NCBI GenBank assembly: GCA_963771885.1
Contig: CAVYVF010000002.1
Coordinates: 384,001 to 448,000, forward strand
Reading direction: 5' to 3'
DNA length: 64,000 nt
Origin: Candidatus Bathyarchaeota archaeon
GTDB taxonomy: Archaea > Thermoproteota > Bathyarchaeia > TCS64
The position numbers and the translations under genes are program-made. How positions within the stretch are numbered: position 1 is the first letter of the stretch; every line of letters starts with the position of its first letter. The notes below the pieces were generated by a model, which worked only from the letters and a program-made list of their open reading frames with translations, was not told the DNA's origin and did no database searches. Below are positions 1 through 9,095 of the stretch, piece after piece.

Positions 1-369
1 GCGGGGAAATATACAAGCTTCCTCAGACCGGACTCGACACTCCCGATGATGTACATGCCCGATTGCCTGAGAAGTGTCGTCCAACTGCTCGAAGCCGACG
101 CATCCCGGCTAAAGCATCACACTGACTTCAACCTCAGCGCATTGAGTTTCTCACCTGCTGAACTCGCAGACGAAATCAAGAAGAACATTCCCGGGTTCTC
201 GATCGAGTATAAGCCCGATTACCGTCAGGCTATCGCAGATTCCTGGCCTAAAGATATCGACGACTCGGCGGCGCGCGAAGAGTGGGGTTGGAAGCCAGAA
301 TATGACCTCTCAGCCATGGTCGAGGACATGTTGAAGGTTCTCAGTCGGCGCCTAGGAAAAAGTGCATAG
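1..369 (+). CDS. NAD-dependent epimerase/dehydratase family (L-threonine 3-dehydrogenase-like), C-terminal part, truncated at window edge
   Basis: LPMMYMPD...RQAIADSWP..IDDSAAREEWGWKP is typical of SDR-type threonine dehydrogenases. Confidence 0.8.
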   Translation, partial: AGKYTSFLRPDSTLPMMYMPDCLRSVVQLLEADASRLKHHTDFNLSALSFSPAELADEIKKNIPGFSIEYKPDYRQAIADSWPKDIDDSAAREEWGWKPEYDLSAMVEDMLKVLSRRLGKSA

Positions 370-416
370 TAATTTAATAATTAGGCTTTTCGTCTCATTA
401 TTATGGTGCATTTAAT

Positions 417-1409
417 CTAATTTTTCTGGATTTTCTTCAATTCCGGGTTAACTGGGTTTGGCGGTTCTCTTCCGGTCAGTACCGAGACGATGTTCGTTGC
501 AGCCATCACCGCCATAGCAGTGCGTGTCTCGATGCTCGCGCTCGCTATGTGTGGGGTCAACACTATGTTGTCGAGTTTTATGAGAGGGTTTACCGGATCT
601 ATTGGTTCCTTCTCGAACACGTCGATGCCAGCACCTGCTATGACTTTGTCTCGCAGTGCCTCGAATAAGGCATTCTCGTCGATGACGGGTCCCCTTGACG
701 TGTTTACGAGGTAGGCGGTCCTCTTCATTTTGGCGAACTCGGCTTTTCCTATGAGATGATGGGTTTTCTCGTCTAGAGGTGTGTGTACGGAAACAAAGTC
801 GGAGTTCGAGAGGAGATCACTCAACGTGGCGTATCTGACCCGGTCGTTCTCTATTTCAGGCAGACGTCTGGGGTCGTAGTAGATTACCTTCATGTCAAAG
901 CCCTGGGATCGCTTCATCATAGCCATCCCTATTCTGCCCATGCCGACAATACCTAGAGTCTTGCCGTGGACGTCACCACCCATGAACATCTTTGGACCCC
1001 AGGCGTGCACCCATCCTTTCGACCTTATATTTCGGTCGCCTTCGGCTATTCTCCTTGCTGAAACCATCAAAAGTGCCCATGCGCAGTCCGCGGTCGTCTC
1101 GGTTAGTATACCGGGTGTGTTTGTCACCCAGATGCCGCGTCGGGTGGCTTCGGGAACGTCTATGTTGTTGAAACCGACGGCGTAATTACTGATCACCTTC
1201 AGTTTTTTGCCTTGATCCATAAGTTCCTCGTCGATTTTCTCTGTTAATAGGCAGAGTAGTCCATCGGCGTTTCTTACTTTTTCTAGGAGAAGCTGGCGTG
1301 GGACTGGGTTATTCTCTCCATTGAAGACTTCGACAATACAGTTTTTCTCAAGTATATCCATAGCAGATTTAAAGAGCTGTCTTGTGACGTAGACATATGG
1401 CTTCGCCAA
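417..1409 (-). CDS. gyaR: Glyoxylate reductase / D-glycerate dehydrogenase (D-2-hydroxyacid dehydrogenase)
   Basis: AVGFNNID, NTPGILTETTAD, GIVGMGRIG, NTSRG, DVFEKEP, PHIASA. Confidence 0.85.
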   Translation of the reverse strand: MAKPYVYVTRQLFKSAMDILEKNCIVEVFNGENNPVPRQLLLEKVRNADGLLCLLTEKIDEELMDQGKKLKVISNYAVGFNNIDVPEATRRGIWVTNTPGILTETTADCAWALLMVSARRIAEGDRNIRSKGWVHAWGPKMFMGGDVHGKTLGIVGMGRIGMAMMKRSQGFDMKVIYYDPRRLPEIENDRVRYATLSDLLSNSDFVSVHTPLDEKTHHLIGKAEFAKMKRTAYLVNTSRGPVIDENALFEALRDKVIAGAGIDVFEKEPIDPVNPLIKLDNIVLTPHIASASIETRTAMAVMAATNIVSVLTGREPPNPVNPELKKIQKN

Positions 1410-1507
1410 AGTATTTCATATAGTCTAGATCCTCCCGCCTTTTTATCATTTTTTAGGTTTTGAGGGGCAATTTTAATATTCAGAAAAAAACTGAATATTG
1501 TTTGGTC

Positions 1508-2236
1508 ATGTATTCAATGGACAAAGATGAGAAGGCGCCGGAGCTAGACTCGCTATTTGATGGATCATTAAGACCACTACATAGCAAAAATGCTCGTCGT
1601 ATATTCGATGCATTCTATGACAACAAACATCATGAACACTTAACGACTCATGACTTGGAGAACCTACTCGAGGAGCGGGGCTTCACGATAAGCAAGAAGG
1701 AGATCAACGCTTGGCTCGTGTCGCTTCAAGAGGCGGGGCTAATTTTAAAGCTAGAGGGCCGTGGAAAGCCGGTCGCCTCGGAATACAGTGATAGGTACAC
1801 ATTCGATCTCTGGCAGCTATCAGAAGCAGGAATAAATCTACGCCAGAGACTCAGATACCTCGTGGACACAAAAGAAGCATCGACGCTACCTAAGCTGGGC
1901 GAACTGTCACCAGAGAAGATTTCTGACATTGAGGACCTATACTTCACGTCGATGATACTCCTCCTACTCCACGATAACGGGGGTAGCATGAGTTATACAG
2001 AGTTGAGGAAACGGCTCGCCTTAGACAGGGAGAAGCTGGCGGTTTACTCGTGGCCGGACACGTCATACTCGGAGAAGCCCCTATTCGAGATTAAGGTCAT
2101 GCCTCCCACCCTGCGGACGAGGGCATTCAAGCTATTCGGGTGGGTGATAGAGGACGATCTCACGTTCACCCTCACCGAGGAGGGGCGAGCTATGGCGGAG
2201 ACCATCCTAGGGAATGCCGAGAAGCCTGAGACATAG
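1508..2236 (+). CDS. Hypothetical protein with probable winged-helix domains
   Basis: wHTH-like segments (ISKKEINAWLVSLQEAGLILK...LWQLSEAG; MSYTELRKRL...FTLTEEGR). ATG at 1508 preferred over TTG at 1460. Confidence 0.55.
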   Translation: MYSMDKDEKAPELDSLFDGSLRPLHSKNARRIFDAFYDNKHHEHLTTHDLENLLEERGFTISKKEINAWLVSLQEAGLILKLEGRGKPVASEYSDRYTFDLWQLSEAGINLRQRLRYLVDTKEASTLPKLGELSPEKISDIEDLYFTSMILLLLHDNGGSMSYTELRKRLALDREKLAVYSWPDTSYSEKPLFEIKVMPPTLRTRAFKLFGWVIEDDLTFTLTEEGRAMAETILGNAEKPET

Positions 2237-2468
2237 TTTATGTCTCAATTGTTGAAGGTACACTATTCTTAAGGCATAAAAGATGCACCCCGATTCTTAA
2301 CAGGGAAGGTTAAAAAACGCGCTGATCGATCGGCATAATTTCACGTCTAGTGATGGTGTCTAACTGACTATAAAGCCACCCTAAAAATGCCGGACGCAAA
2401 TCATGACCATACATCTTTCGAGCCCATTATCCCAATCATTATAAGACCTCGGCGGCTAAAAACGATGG

Positions 2469-3731
2469 ATGAGCGCCTCAAGCGAAGTAAGGGACACTAG
2501 AATATCAAACGGTCTGCGAGTCGTGACAGAGGAGATGCCCGAGTCAAAGTCGGCCTCGGTAGGCATCTGGATCGACGTCGGTTCACGGGACGAGGCGGAG
2601 CCATTCTGGGGGTGCTCCCACTTCATGGAGCACCTGCTCTTTAAGGGGACCGGCCGAAGGTCAGCGAAGGAGATATCGACGGTAATCGAGGAACGAGGCG
2701 GCTACCTGAACGCCTTCACGGATAGGGATATGACCTGCTACCACGCCAAGGTGCTGGCCGCCGATCTCCCATTAGTCGTCGACGTGTTATCCGATATGGT
2801 GCAGAACCCTCTCCTCAGGACCGAGGACATAGACATGGAGCGCAAGGTCGTCCTCTCCGAGATCGATAGCAGAGACGACGACCCGGGTGACCTGATACAC
2901 GACCTCTACTTCGAGACTGCATGGGGCGCAAACGGGGCGGCGCACCCGGTCCTCGGCGAGAAGAAGACACTCAATGCCGTTGACCGGGACGCGGTGAGCC
3001 GCTACTTCTCGGAGCACTACTCCCCCGGAGACATGGTTGTGACGGCGGCGGGGCGCGTGGAGCACGACAAGCTAGTCGACGACGTAGAGAGACACATAGG
3101 CGCAGTCAAGACCGCTTCCAAGACGAAGAGGGCGAAGCCAGTCTTCAAGCCAAAGAAAGTATATGTCCCACGCTCATCCAGCCAGGTCCAGGTCGCCTTA
3201 ACAGCCAAGGGCACAGCCTACAGAGATGAGGAGAGGGACGCGCTACAACTCATCTCATCCTACCTAGGAGTCGGGGCGAGCTCAAAGCTCTTCCAGGAGG
3301 TCAGGGAGAAGAGAGGCCTCGTCTACTCCATCTTCAGCACGAACTACTCTCTCGGAGACGCGGGGCTCTTCACTATATTAGCGGGGACCCAGGACAGGTT
3401 CGTCGAGAAGCTGCTAAAGATTGAGTTAGAGGAGTTAGCTAACCTAGGAAAGGGATTAACACCCAGTAAACTGGAGAAAGTGAAACATAAGACTGTGGGA
3501 CTCTCGGTCCTCCGCTCCGAGAGCTCGGAGAGCAGGATGATACAACTCGGAGTCTCCACGCTGAGGCGGGGCTCCCCGAAGACGCTCGCAGAGGCGATAG
3601 ACGGGCTCAGATGCGTAGCGAGGGAGTCCATCATGAAGTGCGCCGAGGACAAGTTCCCACGGGAGGAACTGAGCCTGACTACACTCGGCATATCGAAGGA
3701 GACGACGAAGAGGGTCGAGGAGCTCTTCTAG
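2469..3731 (+). CDS. M16 family (pitrilysin/MPP-like) zinc peptidase
   Basis: Inverted zincin HFMEH, NGLRVV, GGYLNAFT, SSKLFQEVREKRGLVYSI. Confidence 0.9.
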   Translation: MSASSEVRDTRISNGLRVVTEEMPESKSASVGIWIDVGSRDEAEPFWGCSHFMEHLLFKGTGRRSAKEISTVIEERGGYLNAFTDRDMTCYHAKVLAADLPLVVDVLSDMVQNPLLRTEDIDMERKVVLSEIDSRDDDPGDLIHDLYFETAWGANGAAHPVLGEKKTLNAVDRDAVSRYFSEHYSPGDMVVTAAGRVEHDKLVDDVERHIGAVKTASKTKRAKPVFKPKKVYVPRSSSQVQVALTAKGTAYRDEERDALQLISSYLGVGASSKLFQEVREKRGLVYSIFSTNYSLGDAGLFTILAGTQDRFVEKLLKIELEELANLGKGLTPSKLEKVKHKTVGLSVLRSESSESRMIQLGVSTLRRGSPKTLAEAIDGLRCVARESIMKCAEDKFPREELSLTTLGISKETTKRVEELF

Positions 3732-3975
3732 CCCCTGACAACCGGGGTCGATGTGTCCCAAAGGTGCTTGAAGTAGCCGCGGGAGATCATGTTCAGACCC
3801 ACGTGGTCGCTCCAGATGGCGAGATTCTCCTTCTCCGTCCCCTGGCTGAGCAGGAGCATCGTCTCGTGCCCATCCGCCACGAGGCCGCCGAACATGTCGT
3901 CGCGTATCCTCACCTCGGTCACGGCGAAGATGGCATCGGGTAGGGACTTCTCCGCAGCGCGCGCGTGGGGCACTT
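3728..3975 (-). pseudogene. TrmB-family regulator, C-terminal fragment only (no N-terminal HTH)
   Basis: EVRIRDDMFGG...LAIWSDHVGL...YFKHLWD resembles the archaeal TrmB effector-domain C-terminus; the 5' part is absent. Confidence 0.55.
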
Positions 3976-4498
3976 GAAGAATAAGGAGTACGTCGAGTTC
4001 AACGCTCACCCGCACTGCGGCATGTCGAACCTCATCATGGAGGGGGATACCGTCGAGCCGATCACGAAGTACCTCAACGTAGACGGGCTCGTCGCCTCCA
4101 TCGACTCGGCTAATGAGTGATTCGACTCGGGCAAGACGACGACCGCCAAGGCGTCCGCAGTCACCGGCGTCATGAAAAACGTCAAACTCGGCACCTTCCA
4201 GAAGTACCTGCTTCCCGTCTTCGCCAACGGCAGCTACGATAGCCTCAGCAACCTACACCACAATATGCTCATGATAGGCTCGATGCACTTCATGGACCCC
4301 TACAACTTCGACATCGAACGAGTACAGAAGTGTGTCGTACACTACGCGACGCCGGACGGCAAAATCGTACCATTCTGCACCATGAACGCGCTCCAAAGGG
4401 CCTCGACTGAGAAGTTCGCGCAGCCCCTGGACGAGGCGAGGAACACGCCCCTCTACGATGTTGAAGCGTTGAAAAAGAAGTTACTAAGTGAGGGTTAG
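3974..4498 (+). pseudogene. Radical SAM MJ0619/tetraether synthase (Tes)-like protein, C-terminal fragment with in-frame TGA at 4118-4120
   Basis: EFNAHPHCG and MHFMDPYNFDIERVQKCVVHYATPDGKIVPFCTMN; no CxxxCxxC core or start codon region. Confidence 0.7.
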
Positions 4499-6183
4499 CT
4501 CTTCAAGACAGCACCCTTATCCGCTGATGTGACGAGGGCGGAGTACCTGACGAGATAGCCCTTCTTCACGGTGGGCTCAGGCGGGGTCCACTTCGCCTTC
4601 CGCTTAGCAAGTTCCTTTTCAGAGACCTTGAGTTCGAGTGTCCTGTTGGGGATATCGATTGCGATCTTGTCCCCATTCTCAATGAGGGCGATAGGTCCTC
4701 CTGCGGCTGCCTCAGGAGAGATGTGGCCGATACACGGTCCCCTCGACGCACCGGAGAACCTGCCGTCGGTTAAGAGGGCGACTTGCTCGCCCATGCCGAT
4801 TCCTACAATGGCGCTCGTTGCGACGAGCATCTCGCGCATTCCGGGTCCGCCCTTTGGACCCTCGTACCTTATGACGAGGACGTCGCCGGGCTTGATCTCG
4901 CCCCCGTAGATGGCGGCGACGGCGGGCTCCTCGTGCTCGAAGACTCGGGCGGTTCCCTCAAACTTCCACATCTTGGGGCTTATCGCCGCCATCTTTGCTA
5001 CTGCGCAGTCGGGGGCAAGGTTACCCTTGAGGATAGCTATGCCGCCCTGCTCGTGGACGGGGTTGTTGAGGGGCCTGATTACCTCCTCGTTCGTGATAGC
5101 GGCGCCCTTGAGGTTCTCCTTGAGGGTCTTGCCTGTGGCGGTCACGACGTTTAGGTCGAGATGCTTCTGTAACCGGCTCATAACGCCGTGGATTCCTCCG
5201 GCGTGGTGCAGGTCCTGTATCTTGTAGGGTCCCGCGGGGGACATATTGCAGAGATGTGGCGTCTTCTTACTTATCTCGTCGAAGAGCGTTAGGGGCAGGT
5301 CGTAGCCGAGCTCACTCGCGATTGCTTTTAGGTGTAGGACTGTATTCGTTGAGCCGCCGAGCGCCATGTCGACGGTGATTGCGTTCCTGAAGGCTTGCTC
5401 GGTCATGATCTTGCTGGGGGTGATCCCTTTCTGGAGGAGTTCCATGACCTTGGCACCCGCCTCAGTGGCGAGCCTCTGCCTCTCGCTTCCGGTGCTCTCT
5501 GCCGTCGCCATGCCGGGGAGCGTCATCCCGATTGCCTCGGTGAGGCACTGCATTGTGTTGGCGGTGAACATGCCACTGCAGGCGCCGGCGCTCTGGCAGC
5601 AGATGTTCTCTAGGTACTTCGCCTCGTCCTTGGTCATCTTGCCCGCCTTGACGAGGGCCGTCGCCTCGAAGAGCTCCTGAACGGTGATTACCTTGTCCTT
5701 GTATTTACCCCAGGTGGGGCATCCACCCTCCATGGGTCCGCCGAGTACGAAGATTGTGGGGATGTCGAGGCGTGCGGCGGCCATGAGCATTCCTGGGTCG
5801 ATCTTGTCACAGGTGGTCATACAGACCATGGCGTCGAAGCCGTGCGCCTCGACCATTATCTCGAGGCTGTCGGCGACGATGTCGCGGCTGGGGAGGCTCA
5901 TCCTCATGCCGGCGTGCCCCATGACGATCCCGTCGCAGACGCCGATGGTGTCGAACTCGAGGGGGGTTCCGCCGGCTTGGGAGACGCCGTGTTTCACGAA
6001 CTTGGCTAGCTCGTTGAGGTGTATGTGTCCGGGGTTTATTTCGTTCCACGAGTTGGCTATGGCTACGAGTGGTTTGCCGAGGTCGGTGTCGGTGAGTCCG
6101 ACTCCCTTCATGAGGCTTCTCTGGCTTAGGCGTTCGTCTCCGTCGAAGACCTTCCTACTTCTGTGGCGAGTGTCCGCGGTCAT
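4495..6183 (-). CDS. ilvD: Dihydroxy-acid dehydratase
   Basis: [53 protein letters not shown]. Confidence 0.97.
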   Translation of the reverse strand: MTADTRHRSRKVFDGDERLSQRSLMKGVGLTDTDLGKPLVAIANSWNEINPGHIHLNELAKFVKHGVSQAGGTPLEFDTIGVCDGIVMGHAGMRMSLPSRDIVADSLEIMVEAHGFDAMVCMTTCDKIDPGMLMAAARLDIPTIFVLGGPMEGGCPTWGKYKDKVITVQELFEATALVKAGKMTKDEAKYLENICCQSAGACSGMFTANTMQCLTEAIGMTLPGMATAESTGSERQRLATEAGAKVMELLQKGITPSKIMTEQAFRNAITVDMALGGSTNTVLHLKAIASELGYDLPLTLFDEISKKTPHLCNMSPAGPYKIQDLHHAGGIHGVMSRLQKHLDLNVVTATGKTLKENLKGAAITNEEVIRPLNNPVHEQGGIAILKGNLAPDCAVAKMAAISPKMWKFEGTARVFEHEEPAVAAIYGGEIKPGDVLVIRYEGPKGGPGMREMLVATSAIVGIGMGEQVALLTDGRFSGASRGPCIGHISPEAAAGGPIALIENGDKIAIDIPNRTLELKVSEKELAKRKAKWTPPEPTVKKGYLVRYSALVTSADKGAVLKS

Positions 6184-6533
6184 GGGGTGTTAGGGCTTGT
6201 TTTATGGATATATGTCTTAGGTGGTCATCCGTTTTGACTAGCTTTTGGACACGATGGAGGGGCTGTAAGAGATATCGCCCCTCTTTGTGATCGGGATCCG
6301 TTTCAGGGTTTACCGTGCAATCCTCCTCCCTTTTGATGTGATCGTCCCCTTTTTGGCCTATGGCTGTGGATCGTGTCCCACGTTTTGTATGGGTGTTAAA
6401 TGCGCCATTGGTGATGGGTGCCAGATATGCAATATCCGGAGTGATGGTGCACTCGTTTTGCATGTTTCACGTTGTTTCTCAGGCGTCTCTTTTTACGCCT
6501 TTAATAAATGAACCTTCAAGATGATGGACGCGA

Positions 6534-7130
6534 ATGCCGTCCAAGTGGGTCGAAAAGGGGATAACGCGCCTGACACCATCTGATCTCGTGAACACCCCTG
6601 ATAAGAGAGAGGTCAAGGCGAACTATGACCAGTTGGGCGGGGGGCTATACGATCTCAGGTACAGGGAGGAGCAGGACCGCAAGTACGACCCGGCCCTGCT
6701 CATGAGCCGGCCTAGGGAGTATGATCTTCTCCTCGACGATGGGTGTGGAACGGGGATGCTCATGGCGAGGCTGGACTCGTCTACCGTCGGGTTGGACCTC
6801 ACCCCGAGCTTTCTCGAAGCGGCCAGGCGAAAGCTGCGAGAGGGCCACCACCTGGTCCTCGGGGACGCGGAGCACCTACCGATACGAGGCGGTGTCTTCG
6901 ATGGGGTGTACGCCATCACCCTCATACAAAACACGCCCGACAAGACCCGAGCCGTCTCGGAAATGAGCCGAGTCGCGAGGAGCGGCGGGCGCATTCTCGT
7001 CACGGCGCTCAAGGTCGTCTTCGATAAGGATTTTCTCATCGACCTTCATAGAGGATGTCGGGTTGGGGAATGTCAGCGCCGTCGGCGACACCGACATAAA
7101 CGACTGGATCGTCTACGCTGAGAGGCCGTG
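6534..7130 (+). CDS. Class I SAM-dependent methyltransferase (probable 1-nt frameshift near 7046; start may be GTG 6588)
   Basis: LLDDGCGTG, GDAEHLP; the shifted frame gives IEDVGLGNVSAVGDTDINDWIVYAERP with stop at 7128-7130. Confidence 0.8.
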
Positions 7131-7223
7131 AACCCACGAAAAAGTTCGAAATTACAGCCAGTTCAGAAGGTTTTTATAATCTCCCCCTTGGCTCATATAT
7201 GAATCTCCAAGGGTGTAGCATCG

Positions 7224-7514
7224 ATGGAGCCTAGTAAGAAGCCGCTTAACGTACTCATCAAGAGCGTCGGAGCAAACGTTACAATCAACCTCAAGGGCCA
7301 CGGGGAGTACTGGGGTAAAATGACACGCGTTGACGGCTACATGAACATCATGCTCAAAGGAGCGAAGGAGTACGACCAGAACGGCCTCGTCGCCAACTAT
7401 GGTGACGTCTTCGTCCGAGGAAACAACGTCGTCTACATCTGCATAGACCCCGCGTCGCCACCGAACCCCAAGGGTAAAGCCGGCAAGGGCGAGGACGACG
7501 ACGAATCCCCATAG
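7224..7514 (+). CDS. Sm/Lsm-like RNA-binding protein
   Basis: KPLNVL, DGYMNIML, VFVRGNNVVYI (Sm1/Sm2 motifs). Confidence 0.9.
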   Translation: MEPSKKPLNVLIKSVGANVTINLKGHGEYWGKMTRVDGYMNIMLKGAKEYDQNGLVANYGDVFVRGNNVVYICIDPASPPNPKGKAGKGEDDDESP

Positions 7515-7582
7515 ACGACGTCTACGCGGGTTTTAACAAGGTATTTTGTACTAGTTTACCCTAACCTAATTGGTGTGAAACT

Positions 7583-8131
7583 ATGCGTCTAGTAGTGGCG
7601 ATCACGGGCGCAAGCGGCATAATCTACGGCAAACGCTTCCTCGAGGAGCTCAAGAGACGGGACGTTGAGGTTCACCTCGTCGTCAGCGACGCCGCTGAGA
7701 AGGTAGCGAACGCAGAGCTGGGAGATGTCGACTGGGCGGCACTCTCATCGCACCTCTACAGGCCGAACGAGTTGACGGCGCCTATCGCTAGCGGCTCGTT
7801 CCCCGTCGATGCAATGGTGATCGTCCCAGCAACTATGAAGACGATAGGAGGCATCGCCAACGGCTACTGCGACGACTTAATCAGCCGCGCCGCCGACGTC
7901 CAGCTAAAGGAGGGGCGGGGTCTCATGGTCGTGCCACGCGAGACGCCGCTACACGCAATCCACTTGGAGAATATGGCGAAGCTCAACAGGATGGGCGTCA
8001 CTATCCTCCCCGCCATGCCGGCATTCTATCACAAACCGAAGACCATGGAAGAGCTCGTCGACTTCATCGTTGGGAAGATGCTCGACCAGCTAGGCATCGA
8101 GCACGAGTTATACAGGCGCTGGGGCAGCTAA
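7583..8131 (+). CDS. ubiX: Flavin prenyltransferase UbiX
   Basis: ITGASG, APIASGS, VPRETPL, PAMPAFYHKP. Confidence 0.95.
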   Translation: MRLVVAITGASGIIYGKRFLEELKRRDVEVHLVVSDAAEKVANAELGDVDWAALSSHLYRPNELTAPIASGSFPVDAMVIVPATMKTIGGIANGYCDDLISRAADVQLKEGRGLMVVPRETPLHAIHLENMAKLNRMGVTILPAMPAFYHKPKTMEELVDFIVGKMLDQLGIEHELYRRWGS

Positions 8132-8745
8132 CTTTCCTGCCTAAGCTCCTTTTCGAGCTGCGCTAAAAAGTTCTTCATGTACTGTGTGCGACCCCTCGCC
8201 ATGCGTTTCGCCTCGTCGGTGAACAGCAGGTCCTCCAGCTTGAGGAGTTTTTCGTGGAAGTGGGCGACGAAGTCGTTGACGGGGCGCTCGTGTTCGCCGC
8301 TGTACTCGGCCGTCCTATAGATGCCAATGGCGCCGAGGGCGTCGAGCTTGTCGGCGTCGGAGAGTATCTTCGCCTCAAGCGTCTCAGGGGGCTTTTTACC
8401 CGAGAAGCTGTGGACGGAGATCGCGGCGGCTATCTTTTCGATCGTATTCTCAGGTTGGTCGTATCGGCGTAGTATGGGCTTCGCCTTCTCTGCGCCAGCC
8501 TTGGCGTGGCTCTCCTCCAGGCGGGCGATGTCGTGTAGGAGCGCCGCGGGTAGTAGGACATCGAGGTCCGCCTTCTCAGCCAAGCCGATGTGGAGGCACG
8601 TGTCGAATACCCTGTCGACGTGATCGAAGCCGTGGGTGCCGAACGGAGGCGTCTGTGTACGGATCTCCTCCCTCAGCCGGGCAAGCAGTTCCTCGTCCAA
8701 TGTGCTACGCCTCGACTTTCTTGGCGTCGCTGTCCCTGCCGACAT
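8128..8745 (-). CDS. HD-domain phosphohydrolase (start uncertain)
   Basis: HGFDHVDRV, ALLHDI, HSFS, DADKLDALGAIG. Confidence 0.9.
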   Translation of the reverse strand: MSAGTATPRKSRRSTLDEELLARLREEIRTQTPPFGTHGFDHVDRVFDTCLHIGLAEKADLDVLLPAALLHDIARLEESHAKAGAEKAKPILRRYDQPENTIEKIAAAISVHSFSGKKPPETLEAKILSDADKLDALGAIGIYRTAEYSGEHERPVNDFVAHFHEKLLKLEDLLFTDEAKRMARGRTQYMKNFLAQLEKELRQES

Positions 8746-9022
8746 TGACCTGGAGCACGCCCTTGAAGGATGTTACGAAGCAGTCCATTAGCTCAACAGT
8801 GTCTCCGGCGACAATTTCTTTAAAGAGCTCTATCTTCTCGTTCCATACGGCGAAACTGATAGAGGCGGTGCCTTCGCTGATCTCACCTTCGAGTATGGAG
8901 TGCTCGACCCCTGAGTAGCTCTTGACATTCCTGACCCCCACCACACTGGTAACCTTGACTCTGAATGTGAGGTGCTCCATTCCTGGGCGTAGCTCCGAGA
9001 GCTTGGGGGCGCTGGGGGACAT
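8705..9022 (-). CDS. Single OB-fold ssDNA-binding protein
   Basis: LRPGM...VKV...GEISEGTASISFAVWNE...FKGVLQVNVGR resembles crenarchaeal SSB. Confidence 0.75.
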   Translation of the reverse strand: MSPSAPKLSELRPGMEHLTFRVKVTSVVGVRNVKSYSGVEHSILEGEISEGTASISFAVWNEKIELFKEIVAGDTVELMDCFVTSFKGVLQVNVGRDSDAKKVEA

Positions 9023-9095
9023 TCAACTCACCTGAACGGGTGCGTGATAAAAGAGTTGGGTCCAATGCTTAAAGTATGGTTGCGCGGATTGGAAT

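Noticed and set aside
4118..4120. In-frame TGA as selenocysteine or recoding
   Set aside because: It is not at a recognisable Cys position, lies in an already truncated gene, and TGA is used as a normal stop elsewhere in the window
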